Position numbers and translations under genes: made by a program
Assembly: GCA_019828565.1 (NCBI GenBank)
Contig: JAHDYR010000005.1
Coordinates: forward strand, 1,677,308-1,741,307
Origin: Carpediemonas membranifera BICM
Lineage: Eukaryota > Protista > Fornicata
Direction: 5' to 3'
DNA length: 64,000 nt
The notes under the pieces: generated by a model
The model's database searches: none
Told to the model about the DNA's origin: nothing
The model's input: the letters and a program-made list of their open reading frames with translations, nothing else
In this document: positions 53,095 through 63,950 of the stretch, piece by piece
Layout of the letters: every line of letters begins with the position of its first letter
Numbering within the stretch: position 1 is the stretch's first letter

Positions 53095-53549
53095 GCATTC
53101 GAAAAATCTGCAAAATTTTATCAACGATGAGATGGTCTTGGAAGATTGTGCTAACAACAGAGGTGTAACTAGATCAACAAAGGATCATGGAACCCTTGGT
53201 TTGTCCTAACGCCCGAAACAGTGCCCAAAGAGCTCGTGACACAGGTGAACGCCAGAAAGAAATGAAGTTGCTCAGAGTGTACACCATATTGTCCTAGTTC
53301 CAATACTTTTTACCATTTTCTTCCAGCTGCTTTCGTTGGCGAGTTTCATTTTTTCTTACCGTTACTTCCGCAGTATCTTGCAAGATTCAGGGGGAAATTC
53401 AAATTCACTTTTCCTTTGAGGGCAAAGCAGAATTGCGCAATAACGCATCAATGGGTATGAGAAGCATAGAATACGTACAAAACTCAGTGTAGTTGCTGCT
53501 CACAACTTTTTGGAGGAAACAGAGCAGCGGAAGCCCCAAACCAAAAATC

Positions 53550-53585
53550 TTTCACAAACTCTTGTGAAACTTGTGAAATGTGAAA
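53550..53585 (+). repeat. 36-bp TTTCACA-N5-TGTGAAA motif, copy A
   Basis: TTTCACAAACTCTTGTGAAACTTGTGAAATGTGAAA; 33/36 to copy B (inverted) and 32/36 to copy C. Confidence 0.9.
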
Positions 53586-53610
53586 GTGACTTCAGCAAAA
53601 ATTCCTGAGC

Positions 53611-56160
53611 ATGCACATTGTCATACAGACCTTCATTGGCACTGTCTACGACAATACTGGCCCTCCAAGGACTGCAGAGCGTATGAACTACATTCTCGCT
53701 CATACATACCTCTCCCTTGTTGGTATTGGCGGAAATACACAGGATCGAGGCCGCCAGCGCCGAGAATTCCGTGAACTCATCTTGGAAATGGCTAACCAGG
53801 GCCTATTTGCGGACATGGAGGTCGATCCGAGATTTTTCGCCGACCCGCACGACTCTCGACCCTTCTTGCGTGCAGTACGTTCCCATAGAGGAGTCGCCCC
53901 GACCTTCGATGTCTTCGTACGTGACCACGCGCGTATTGCTGTCACCCACGAACGCTTGCGGAGACAGCACGAGGTCTCAACTGAGGAAACTGACAACTAC
54001 AAGCAGATTTTTGGAGCTTGTTTCTATCCTGATGTACATCAAGTCGGGTTGTAACGCAACCCATGAGCTCTTTAAGCTCATCCGTAGTCTTTCTGCGCGA
54101 CTTCATATGCCAATCATCTCCAGCAAGGCTGCTGATATCTTCGTGAAGCAGTTGCAGGTCAATATCACCAAGATCAACGGCCTGGTTGCAGCGCTGACTA
54201 GACCAGAGGTTGCTTTCTTGGGTCATCTCGTCCCTGTGGAGTCTGTCACAGTCAACACGACCTGGCGGTGGGGCAGAAATGGCACAAAGTCGAGACTCGA
54301 GTGCACCAATCGCCTAACGGTGGACGAGGGTGTCGATATCCAGCCCCTGACGGACGCGGAGAACGTCATTGACTTCAAGTGGGAGAAGCCAATGCTTGAT
54401 CTTCACTACGAGACGAGCGATGAGGCCACAAGTCATCGCCCTGAGCTCAAGCAGACCCAGGGAGTCACCCTCGGCAAGCGGCTCAACAGCTCCACATGGG
54501 ACAAGGTTGATCGAGTCTGGTTTGATGTCGTTCGTTACCTCAAGCAAGCTGTTCGCCACCCGGAATGGCTCGAGTCGGACCAACCCAACTACGTTCGATG
54601 CAAGAATGCCCTTGGCAACAGGGTTGGAGTCACGTTTAGCCCCATGAAGATCCTACTATGGCTTGACGGGTGGAAAGGGGGTTCTGCTGCCTTCAAGCTC
54701 CGCATCTACGACCCCACAGGCTTCACATTCCCCAACAAGATTACTCCACCTTTCCGTATAGTCGAGTATATGGGTAGCGAGGGTGATTTGTTGATGGAAG
54801 AGTCTCTTTCTCGCGTCGAGAAGGAGATTGAGCGCCTATACACGAGTCAGATACCCATCAGAGACACTGGTGAGGTCACGATCTTCGACCATGTCATCGT
54901 CATGGGCGATCATGCCGCCCTCCGCCACATGCTGTCCAGAAAGTCGGGCCGGCCCAACTATCCACACCCTTGCAACACGATTTACCACAAAAGTAAGGCG
55001 CTCCACCCGATAGCAGGCCGCCATCGTCTCACCATCAAGGACAACCTGGACGATAAGACAGCATACCAGGCTGAAGTCGACGACCCGAACCGAGTTCAAG
55101 ATGTACTTGCAATCTATGGCGATTTCACCAATGAACGCATGGTGTTCGAGAATTGTAGTGTCATCCCTCTTGAGAAGATCGTCATATGCCCTCCATTCAT
55201 GCACGACTCGCACCGTTTACTCGAGCAGGTTGCCCATATCTGTGGTTCTTTCAAGAAGCATCCCACCACCCGCGGGTCCCGCGAGGAGATCATCCAGAAT
55301 AAGCTCCTCAACCTTAAGCTTGGCCGTATGTCGTCCATGCGAAGCATCGATAGGACCGTAGGTTGTAACGAGCAGTCGTCCGCACGTGTAAGGATGGCTG
55401 CCACGACCAAGAGGACTACGTTGCTCTCCCTGAGTGCATTCAAGATATCATTCGGCTCATTGGCTACCTCCAGGCCATGTACTACTCGTCCGAACCTGTG
55501 ACTGACGCGGCTGTCGCGTTTCACTTCATGGCTGCCGCAGTGGCCCACCTCATTCACGTCACGATTGCGTTCATTCCTAACAAGGATAAGACTTCCATAT
55601 CCCTGCTATCAAGCAGCGAAGCGAAGACGAAGGAGAAACCGTGCGCTGAGAACCTCTACAGCATCAGCAGACTCACGACGCAGCCCCTGTGCCACAAGCA
55701 TCTCAAGGTGCCGCTGTTCTATATCCTAGAGGAGTACTTTGAGCGAGAGTTCATCAAGAACCAGGAGGTAGCAGCCAAGTTGCACAGGAAGGCAGTCCTT
55801 GAGGGCATTTGCTTGATCGAGCAGACAACTCTCGCGTGTTCCTTCCTGACGGGCATGCGTTCTTTTGGTCGGCAGGACTACTCTGTCCCCCAGCTCCAGC
55901 GACTCAAGTGTGTGCGAGTTCACGACTGCTGTAAGGATGCGAAGCATTGGTTTGGTGTCCGCACACTGACCACCGTGACCTTCGAGCCAACTCGTGAGAT
56001 GATCCAGACCTTTCAGGAGACTGTTGATGAAGTGTGGGAGTTTGTAGAAGAGCATACGACGCTGACGTGGGGTGAGGAGGGCACGATGTCATGCAGTCTG
56101 GCGGACCATGGCATAGAGTTAGTTTGCTGCCTGTGTGGAGAGTGTAGCAGACAGAATTGA
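53611..56160 (+). CDS. Divergent DDE transposase, RAG1/Transib/Chapaev-CMC-like (split ORFs; probable intron 55326-55375; unresolved N-terminal junction)
   Basis: Candidate D1 in LLWLDGW (54665), D2 in VMGDHAALRHMLSRKSGRPNYPHPC (54908), CPPFMH (~55202) and catalytic E in FYILEEYFERE (55741). Removing the 50-nt GTATGT...TAAC...GCAG intron fuses 53717-55501 and 55477-56160 in frame (LKLG-LVRTCKDG). Confidence 0.7.
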
Positions 56161-56250
56161 GGCATCCGCGTGATATAAAGTGATGTAAGATGGTTCCGTG
56201 ATAAATTCATTCATTTTTCATATGTGCCACTTTTTTTCATGAATGGCACA

Positions 56251-56286
56251 TTTCACATTTCGCAGGTTTCACAAAAGTTTGTGAAA
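56251..56286 (-). repeat. 36-bp motif, copy B (inverted)
   Basis: Reverse complement reads TTTCACAAACTTTTGTGAAACCTGCGAAATGTGAAA. An ATG follows immediately at 56287. Confidence 0.9.
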
Positions 56287-57032
56287 ATGAACCAAACGGG
56301 GAAAGAATCTTGGACAGAGGATACTCTTGCAGCCCATAAGGCTTATATACAGTACGTAAGACTTTCTGATAAGTCAGACATCATCCCCAGTGTCCGTACG
56401 TTTTTTTAAGCAGGACGTTGCCACGAGAGGAGTTGATGACATCGATCATCGCTTCTTCATGTTTGTTCACCCAGTGTTGCCCAGGTATTTACCCAGATTG
56501 GTTGCGATTCGTGACTGCAAGACTGATTCCATCATTTCGGCCTTGTTGCTCACGAAGGAGTCATACAACACCGAAGCTACTGATGAAACCCCTTCCGAGC
56601 TGCGCCAGGACTTATATGTTGTGGTTATTCGCACGGCATTCTATGCCAGGGGCAATGGTCTCGCCACGATTCTTCTTTCGGTTGCCTCTGCCGGACAGAG
56701 GATCCGCCTGCAGTGTGTAAGTTCTCTTGTGCCAGCCTACCAGCGTATGGGGATGTCCATCTCCAAGCAAAAAGTCCACGATGGAGTACCTGGATGATGC
56801 GAAACTGGTGACCATGGAGGCAACATACGGCCCGAACAAGTGGACGAAGCTCGGTGAGAGTCTCGTTGCTTGCCATGGATATGCCATGAAGTCCTGGAGG
56901 GCTCCCCCGTCCGTCGACTACGGTACGGCTTTCACTTCTGTGGACCAGGTCCAGCCTCCCCCAAAGAGAACCCAAGCCACCCAACCCACCCCTGCCCACC
57001 AAGCCCTCGGACAAGCTCAACCGCTACATTAA
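56287..57032 (+). CDS. GNAT-family acetyltransferase (transposon cargo; possible intron 56356-56413, frameshift ~56770)
   Basis: LYVVVIRTAFYARGNGLATILL (acetyl-CoA motif A, R-x-x-G-x-A) and LVPAYQRMG (motif B). Confidence 0.7.
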
Positions 57033-57267
57033 GCGTCTGAGGAAGAGTGTTACCCCGCACCCGACGCGCAAGAAGCAACGTGAGATAATCATCGCCCTTT
57101 ACGACAGCAACCGAAGGGATTTGGTCCAAAAAGATCGTGGATAAGAGATCAAAGATGCGTAAGGATTACCAGAAAGAGAACTATTTCGAGGAAGAGTGGT
57201 ACCATCTGCTGTCTGAGAAGGAAGATGAGGAAGAGAATGAAGATTAAATGAAGAAGCAGTCGATTTA

Positions 57268-57837
57268 TTACTCATTTGAGTTGACGTTAGCTGCGTGGAA
57301 GAGCAGGAGGCTCGCGTAAACGGGTATACGCAGAACATCACGAGCCTCTGCAGCGGCACGGGCAGCGTTCCTCTTCTCAATCACAGCGGCGAGGTCCTTG
57401 AAGGTCTTCGAGTGCTTCTTGAGGACAAGCTGCGGACGCTCGAAGATGAGCTTAGAGTCCTTGCGGCACACACTCTCCAGAAGGACCTCTCTGACCTTGT
57501 CGACAGAGATACCAAGCCTCTGGGCGACGAAGGCGTAAGCGCGGGGGCGGACCGACTGAGGGATGCCGTGGAACAGCTCGCGGTACTCACGGACAGTTGC
57601 CAAGAGAGGGCTGCCATGGTCGACCTCATCTCCTTCGGCGTCCAGGCTGATGAGGGCCCTGAAGCGCTTCTCCTTGGCCTCAGAAGACTCGCCCTTGAAC
57701 TGCGCCATGATCTTCTCGATGCTGTCGAGAGTACGGAACTCCGCTTCATCCCTAAGATCCTCCGGAACGAATGTGGGGAGGTCATTGGGGCGTCTGTCAA
57801 CCACCCTCATTGCAAATGCGGTTTCCGGTGGCGACAT
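57268..57837 (-). CDS. Hypothetical protein with possible HTH (cargo)
   Basis: 189-aa ORF containing VAQRLGISVDKVREVL, which resembles a helix-turn-helix. Confidence 0.45.
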   Translation of the reverse strand: MSPPETAFAMRVVDRRPNDLPTFVPEDLRDEAEFRTLDSIEKIMAQFKGESSEAKEKRFRALISLDAEGDEVDHGSPLLATVREYRELFHGIPQSVRPRAYAFVAQRLGISVDKVREVLLESVCRKDSKLIFERPQLVLKKHSKTFKDLAAVIEKRNAARAAAEARDVLRIPVYASLLLFHAANVNSNE

Positions 57838-58491
57838 CGGCAGCGGAGATGCTTCCAGCAGCGTGCTCCTTCTCTAAGTAAGTAGAAATCATTTCCACAG
57901 CGTTTAGACGCTTTCTGCCCTTGCTCTTAGCAGTATTACTCCGTTTCGGAGGCATAACGTTTCTTCAAGGTGCACTTTATGCTCGCAACGAAATTAGAAA
58001 ACCAAACGAAGAAAGGAGAAGAGTATCGATCCTCAAACGCTGGCAAGCATGTGTATATCACTAAAAACAACATCATGAGAGCTCTGTGGCCTCGAATGGC
58101 CTGTAATAGAACCTAAAACAACATCAACAATTGTAACTCGTCGAGGAAGCGTTGAGATGAACTATAAACGCGGGAATGGATCAAACAATGGATTTAAGAG
58201 TGGCATACAAGGCCAGAATACCGCAATTATCGTCCGTTGATCCACGTGACCTCCATCTTGGTCGGTATCCAGAGAAAGCCCCTTCAGACGCTCGCAACAC
58301 AACATTTAGAAGACTTATCGTGAATGGCTCCTTCCATGATGGACTCTTCACCTGGACATGCCATCTCTGACATGTCCAATGGTCTCCATTGAGCTCGCAT
58401 TCATCCCTCTGAGCATCCGCCCCATGGTCCAATCAGATGCCCAATCAAAAATTCTGCACCGAAGTGCCCCGAGGACCTCCTCTGAGTTCAT

Positions 58492-58655
58492 AGGCTCTCA
58501 GAGCCTTATACACCACTCCGAAATCGTGTATAAGGCTCTCAGAGCCTAATGAATCTCCCGCGCGCCGTTGCCTACTGATACTGGTCATTTTTCCGCATGA
58601 GCTTTATTAGGCTCTCAGAGCCTTATGAATTTTTTTCATTAGGTCCTGAGAGCCT
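58492..58655. repeat. Cluster of four 15-bp palindromes AGGCTCT-C-AGAGCCT
   Basis: Exact copies at 58492, 58533 and 58609, plus a variant AGGTCCTGAGAGCCT at 58641. Confidence 0.9.
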
Positions 58656-59098
58656 TATAATCATGCAATCGGTTTTCGACTTCTACATGCTCTTGAAGCG
58701 TTCGAAAACGTTTGGTAAGCAGTTCTTTATCTTCTATGACAGCGCTGAGATCAGTCAGGCCTCATCAAACGCGCAGGAGATGATCAAGTGCTCACTTCTT
58801 CGTAAGTTCCTTCTGCCCGATGACAAGATCCTCACCGCCCTTCTTCGTGATCGTAAGTACTTTCCCCATACCTTTTTACACAGATATTGGCTGGAAAACG
58901 CTTCGCAAGCTCTTCAGGTCGCCTCACCTTATCCTGCACCTAAGAGAAACTGCCGAGGCTCAGCTTGAGCTGATCACGACATCGGCTGAGCTGAAGAAGG
59001 TCATGGGAGATCATGCCTACGACAGCCTTGTCCAGAAGGTCCGCCGAGAAGTGTCTTCGGATCACGAGCACGACGTTGGAGGTAAGTACTCCAAATAA
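58597..59098 (+). CDS. Hypothetical cargo protein (two overlapping frames)
   Basis: ORFs 58597-58968 and 58820-59098 probably form one split gene. No domain recognised. Confidence 0.3.
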
Positions 59099-59139
59099 CT
59101 CCTGCTTATTCAGTCCTTTCGCTGCTCCGTGAGCGCATA

Positions 59140-60038
59140 ATGCGCAAGGTGAAGCCAGGAAGGTCGGGGGTCGTCCGTTCGTTCAAGAACAACGCCGAGC
59201 CTGAGTTGTCGGACCCGGTCGACGTGCAGTTCGACCGGATAAGGCACCTGGACGCGCTTCTGATGGACTCTCCCGTCCACAGAAGTACCCCTGAGTGGCA
59301 CATCGCGCCTCCTGCGCCGCCATCTTGCCGTGGAACACAACGGTGCGATCCGTGATTTGAAGAGGGAGCTTTGGCGAGCCCGGGCCAAGATTGAAAAGCT
59401 CGAGACGGAGAAGCTTGTGCCCTTGAAGAAGGAGGCTGAGGTCATAGACCTGGATCGGGAGGCTTTGGTGGCCGCAGACCCCAAAGATGACGTCCAGACC
59501 ATCATGGAGAAGACCGCTAAGAAGTTTAAGAACGATACAAGCTCTCTGAAGCGGTCTGAGGTGCCTGGGGATGGCTCATGCATTCTCAGCGCCATGCATC
59601 TCATCAGGACTGGGTCCCAGCCTACTGTTGGTGAGAAGCTTCAGCTGTACGAGGACATCCGATCCTTCTGTGAGGGCAAGGGGTTCGAGGGCGACCCGTT
59701 CTCTGAGATGCCTGGCTCCCCTTTCCCCCTGGGCAGACCATGAGGCCATCCAGGCCAGTGTAGAGCTGAGTCACACTCCGGTAATCATCACCCAGATCGA
59801 CGAGGACCTTACCTGCCTCTGGGTCCACAAAGGTTGGGAAGATTCAGAGTTCTTGCCCATCCAGGATGCGACGCTGGACAAGATCTTAGGTCTTTGTGAG
59901 AGCATGAAGCTCACTCAGTTCATCGTCATCGAGAATCGTCATGCCTGTGTCTACAGTCTTCCGGACCGCAAGCGCAAGGCAGCTGCCGCAGAGCCCGAGA
60001 AGCGTGCTACTCGTCCGGAGGATGTCACCCGCTCATAA
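59140..60038 (+). CDS. OTU-family deubiquitinase-like cysteine protease (cargo; frameshift in C-run ~59725; start uncertain)
   Basis: EVPGDGSCILSA catalytic Cys loop. After a 1-nt shift, WADHEAIQAS...PVII and a late His in IENRHACVY, giving the OTU motif order. Confidence 0.72.
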
Positions 60039-60068
60039 ATGATTGATTGAATTGATATCTCTTCAAGT

Positions 60069-60596
60069 TTATTCACTCTTGCCTTGAGTCATGCGCGCAG
60101 TGTGGAAGCGCTTACGGGCGGGGTTGGACTTGGTCTTCCGCTTGCGGGGCTGCGGCTTGACCTGCAGTATTTTGAACTGCTCCACCTTTCGAGCGAGGTA
60201 GTGAGGGTCATCTATGGCGAGACTCTTGAAGCGAGCAACCGGGTGCTCCTCTTCATCGGCCTCAAAGTAGGTCTCGCCATAATCGATGCGCAAGAACTCG
60301 CCGCGAACGATGTTGGCAGTGGCCCTGACCGATATCACTGGCAGGCCATCCACCAAGACGTCCACGAACTCACAGTTGACATCGTCAGGGCTGTGGTTAA
60401 TCAGGTGGACACCCGCTGCGGCCGACATGGCATCGACGGCGACCTGACTGTCAGCGAATGACATGCTGTGTAATGGTAATGGAATATGCGAAACAAACAC
60501 CATCTGGCCGTTGTTGCTGGCCGTCTCAGCATCGGGAATCAGCTTCCCGATAGTATATGCCGAGACATGTGCCAGCTGAGATATCCTCAGTGGCAA
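60069..60596 (-). CDS. SET-domain lysine methyltransferase (cargo; 5' exons may extend to ~61075)
   Basis: LINHSPDDVNC...VRATANIVRGEFLRIDYGETYF corresponds to the SET NHS and ELxxDY motifs. A basic NLS-like tail follows. Confidence 0.82.
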   Translation of the reverse strand: MPLRISQLAHVSAYTIGKLIPDAETASNNGQMVFVSHIPLPLHSMSFADSQVAVDAMSAAAGVHLINHSPDDVNCEFVDVLVDGLPVISVRATANIVRGEFLRIDYGETYFEADEEEHPVARFKSLAIDDPHYLARKVEQFKILQVKPQPRKRKTKSNPARKRFHTARMTQGKSE

Positions 60597-61462
60597 TCAT
60601 GCCTCGGCCGACGCTCTGCGTCCGATTGAGGGCCGGATGGTCGGGCTCCTGGGTCAGACGGGGGTCGCAACGGGTCTCGGATGAGATCCAGGCCGGAGCA
60701 GGAATGGCCTGAAGGCTTATCTCATCCGGAAATCAGCCGCTTGACGTCCTGCAGGTCTGAACCCGGGTAGAACATGCGTCCACCTAGGGTGGACGTGCAT
60801 GACGGACCCCTCGACGGAGTCCTCCCTCGGCTTCAGACGAGCTGGATGAATGGGAAGGCGACTCGGGAGGCGGAGGAGGAGGAGAATCTTGCTCCTTACC
60901 ATCCTCGGGCGACTCGGGAGGCGGAGGAGGAGGTGATGCTGCCGTTACAGTCGTTTCCGCAGGACGTTGATCCTGCGGAGAAGCAGATGACTCAAAAAGT
61001 CTTGTTGGGTGGATTTTGAGTCCTTCTCTTACCTACCGGTTGCTGCTTCCTTGCGGGCATCTTTCTTCTCGCCATATCTTCGTTCTCTTTTTTTCTCGCA
61101 ACTCCCGATCCGAAGAACAGGCGCATCGCTGATCAGATCCGAACAATACTGCAGTAGCATGCATAAATAGTGTAGCAATGAAGGTATACCTCTTTACTTG
61201 GATCAAAAGCTTGTCCTTTGCTTCAAATCAAAATGTGCCATTCATGAAAAAAATGGCACATTGCAAATGGACGAGAAATACGGAGAATTCGGCACGCGAC
61301 GCATCAGTAAGGACCAAGAAGTCTTTGAATGTGTCTGTGGTAAGGTTCAGCTCAGGCGTGGACATCGCGGGATCGGTTTCAAGTCTTCTTCCTCTCACGA
61401 GTGTCCTTTTACAACAGAGAAGTTGATTAACCGACGGGTGCTAATCACCATCGAGCCGCTGC

Positions 61463-62272
61463 ATGGTTTCGAGACCCCGACTCAGCCCCTACCCCGTCTT
61501 CCGCGTGGAAAGTCTTGCCAACTCATCTGGCTATCATTTCAAGCTCAAGACGGCTCTAGAGCTCGTTGATGATGAGTGGCTGACTGCCGTTGCCCGCACC
61601 TTTAAGTCTACGTCCCATCTGGCCGAGGTACTTGAGGAGTTGGCGTCGCAGTACTCTAACTTCGACACTTACTGGGTGATATCGGGTCATTCTGATACAG
61701 AAACGTCGCGTATGATCATTGATACGTCTACGAACGAGTTTCTGTATCACCATGATCTGGTCCAGCTCATCCTCAGGTCATTCGAGAGCCCTTCCTTGGT
61801 GAGATCGACGCGTGTGCGTCTGATTTACTTTGCCACCTGCTCCGGACTCGACAGATCTGAGGAGTCTCAGCTGTGCAGTGCTATTTCGACAGCCAAGTAC
61901 AAGAACACATGCATTATCCTCACTCCTGAGAAGGTTCTGGCGCATGAGCTTGTTCTCCAGGACGCCTATTGGCTCTACCGCGTGACATGCCTCGACAATC
62001 CTCTTTTCTTTCTGACGAAGTACTTCTCTGGCTATCGTTTCGCGCCTGGCTCAGCAGGAAGACGGATTATAGCCAATGGTTCCTTGTCATTTCCCAACGA
62101 GGCCAGGGTCATCATGTCTGAGACTAGCTATGCCCGGCCCATTCCTCTTCCTGAAATGCAAGACATCGTTTCTGATGTCAACGAGTATGACCCGTTAAGA
62201 ACCGACCAGAGAAGACTTATGAATGATCGATACATAAGCATGATGACCCGTGCGCTTGAGAGAGACGTGTAG
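61463..62272 (+). CDS. Caspase/CHAT-superfamily cysteine peptidase-like protein (cargo)
   Basis: His-Cys dyad pattern WVISGHS...RLIYFATCSG, with the spacing and preceding hydrophobic strands typical of CHAT/caspase folds. Confidence 0.6.
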   Translation: MVSRPRLSPYPVFRVESLANSSGYHFKLKTALELVDDEWLTAVARTFKSTSHLAEVLEELASQYSNFDTYWVISGHSDTETSRMIIDTSTNEFLYHHDLVQLILRSFESPSLVRSTRVRLIYFATCSGLDRSEESQLCSAISTAKYKNTCIILTPEKVLAHELVLQDAYWLYRVTCLDNPLFFLTKYFSGYRFAPGSAGRRIIANGSLSFPNEARVIMSETSYARPIPLPEMQDIVSDVNEYDPLRTDQRRLMNDRYISMMTRALERDV

Positions 62273-62316
62273 TAAAACAGATATATATACAATTTATGAT
62301 CATCTCTCACTAAACA

Positions 62317-63027
62317 CTAAACAATCGGTCTCATGCCCTCTACTCGCTTATAGACAACCTTACATTTGCTGCAGAGGGGAACGATGTACAACTTGCCATC
62401 AATGGTGTACTGCACTTCCTCAGAGCAATGCTCACAGTACCACCAGTGACAGCCTCGGCAGCAAAGAAGAGTAGAAGCCTGTTCTTCTGCTTTCTTCGTG
62501 TTCTTGGATCTTAGGCCCTTTTGCACGCCTGGCACTTGTTGCTAGAGCCGGTAATATAGCACGCGGGACAGTAGTCCTTCTTGCCCTTCGTCCTGACACA
62601 TTGCTCGTGCAGGAAACCTTTGCAAGCACAGCATCTCCTGAACGTAGTGCCGTCTGGATTGAAGAACCACTCGGGGGTACCACACACAAGACATCCAAAT
62701 AGCATTTTGCGCTGATGAAGGCTAAGGAAAGTCGTCTTTACATGTCTCGGGTTCGGTAGGCGGGTCTCTCACACGGGTCTCTGAGACAACGTCGTTGATC
62801 AGGACCTTAATACGGTCAACAACAGCATCGGACACGTTGTTAGACACCTGCTGCAGATCGTCGTCACCAAGCCTGGGTCGCTTGGCTTCCTCGTCGTCAA
62901 AGACGATCTTCTTCCGAACCGGCACCGATCGATCTGTCGTTGACTGAGGTGTGTCTGCTTCATCACCAACACCAAGTGAAGACAGTTGCGTAGTCGACCG
63001 TATCGGTGGGATCTCTGCCTTGATCAT
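62317..63027 (-). CDS. PHD/zinc-finger protein (cargo; split across frames)
   Basis: CLVC...CCAC...LHEQC...YCPAC (C4HC3, PHD-like) at 62511-62705 and a second Cys cluster CQAC...CRGCHWWYCEHC...CSKC. A likely disordered N-terminal part lies at 62722-63027. Confidence 0.62.
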
Positions 63028-63554
63028 CGTAGTCGGGGTCGATTTGACCGTTGCCTTTGCTTGACAGGCTTATATCTCACCCGGTTGATCACAGGCAAGT
63101 TCTCAAGGCTGATTGAGTCGGAAACATCGTTCAGTCCAGCATCTGAGAGAACTTCTGAGAGCATCTGGCGGAACTCGGCATGGCAGGGCTGACTACGGAC
63201 AGCAATGTGCTGCATGACAGAGCCATTGTACTCCGCAGAGGGTCTAACTGCTGTTATAAACGTAGTAACGCCGACAACAGTCGTCCGCCTGACCTGTTCC
63301 CGGAGTTCAATTGACTTGAACCCAGGGCATTCGGCGGCGACCCTGCGCTGGACCTCCAGAAGTACCTTATGGATGTCGCGTGCACTCAAGCCGAGGTCAG
63401 TTGCCTCGTCGTCCTCAAATACTGAAGAAACAACGGCTGTAACAAATGAACGACGGAGATTTGCGAGCTTACTGTTGCCATACTGTCTGATGGGGGCGTA
63501 GCAGCAATAGGTTCTGGTACAGACACTTCTGAATTCATGAGAATTTCTATCCAA
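63024..63554 (-). CDS. Hypothetical cargo protein
   Basis: 176-aa ORF. The segment GLSARDIHKVL is weakly winged-helix-like. Confidence 0.35.
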   Translation of the reverse strand: MDRNSHEFRSVCTRTYCCYAPIRQYGNSKLANLRRSFVTAVVSSVFEDDEATDLGLSARDIHKVLLEVQRRVAAECPGFKSIELREQVRRTTVVGVTTFITAVRPSAEYNGSVMQHIAVRSQPCHAEFRQMLSEVLSDAGLNDVSDSISLENLPVINRVRYKPVKQRQRSNRPRLR

Positions 63555-63877
63555 GCTGTTTACGTTGTTACATTTGTCTATTTACGTAGACTCCTGGCAT
63601 TGACAATACCTAAAACTGCGACATTTGTCGATCATGATTCGAGCAACTAGCCACCAAAAAGGTAGAAACGGTAACGTCAGGGCTCGTGGAAGTTGCCAAA
63701 GTACAAGATTCTTACAAAATAATCCGAAAAACTGCTCAGGGCTTGCGAAAGGAAGAAGAAATCAACAAAAGGGTGAATGACACAGAGTTTCTGCTGCAAG
63801 AGATACGCGATTTGTTTATAGATGCCATACAGACGATGAGGGACAGTAAAATGACATTCACTAGTTTTAGCTTCTCA

Positions 63878-63913
63878 TTTCACATATTCTTGTGAAATAT
63901 GTGAAATGTGAAA
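63878..63913 (+). repeat. 36-bp motif, copy C
   Basis: TTTCACATATTCTTGTGAAATATGTGAAATGTGAAA, 37 nt inside the right TIR. Confidence 0.9.
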
Positions 63914-63950
63914 CAGATTCTAGTGAATCTCATTTTTTCTTGCACTTTTG

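Noticed and set aside
58176-58370. Crinkler-type ubiquitin-like header (LRVAYKARIPQLSSVDPRDLHL)
   Set aside because: The resemblance is short and weak, and the ORF is only 64 aa.
58492-58655. CRISPR-like array
   Set aside because: The repeats are only 15 bp with irregular spacers (17-61 nt), no cas genes are present, and the context is eukaryotic.
60857-60932. ~25-bp direct repeat GGCGACTCGGGAGGCGGAGGAGGAG, two copies
   Set aside because: Likely a simple duplication in Pro/Ser-rich coding sequence upstream of the SET domain.
62317-63554. True RAG2 homolog (ProtoRAG)
   Set aside because: Only PHD-like fingers are visible. There is no kelch beta-propeller and no 12/23 nonamer architecture in the TIRs.
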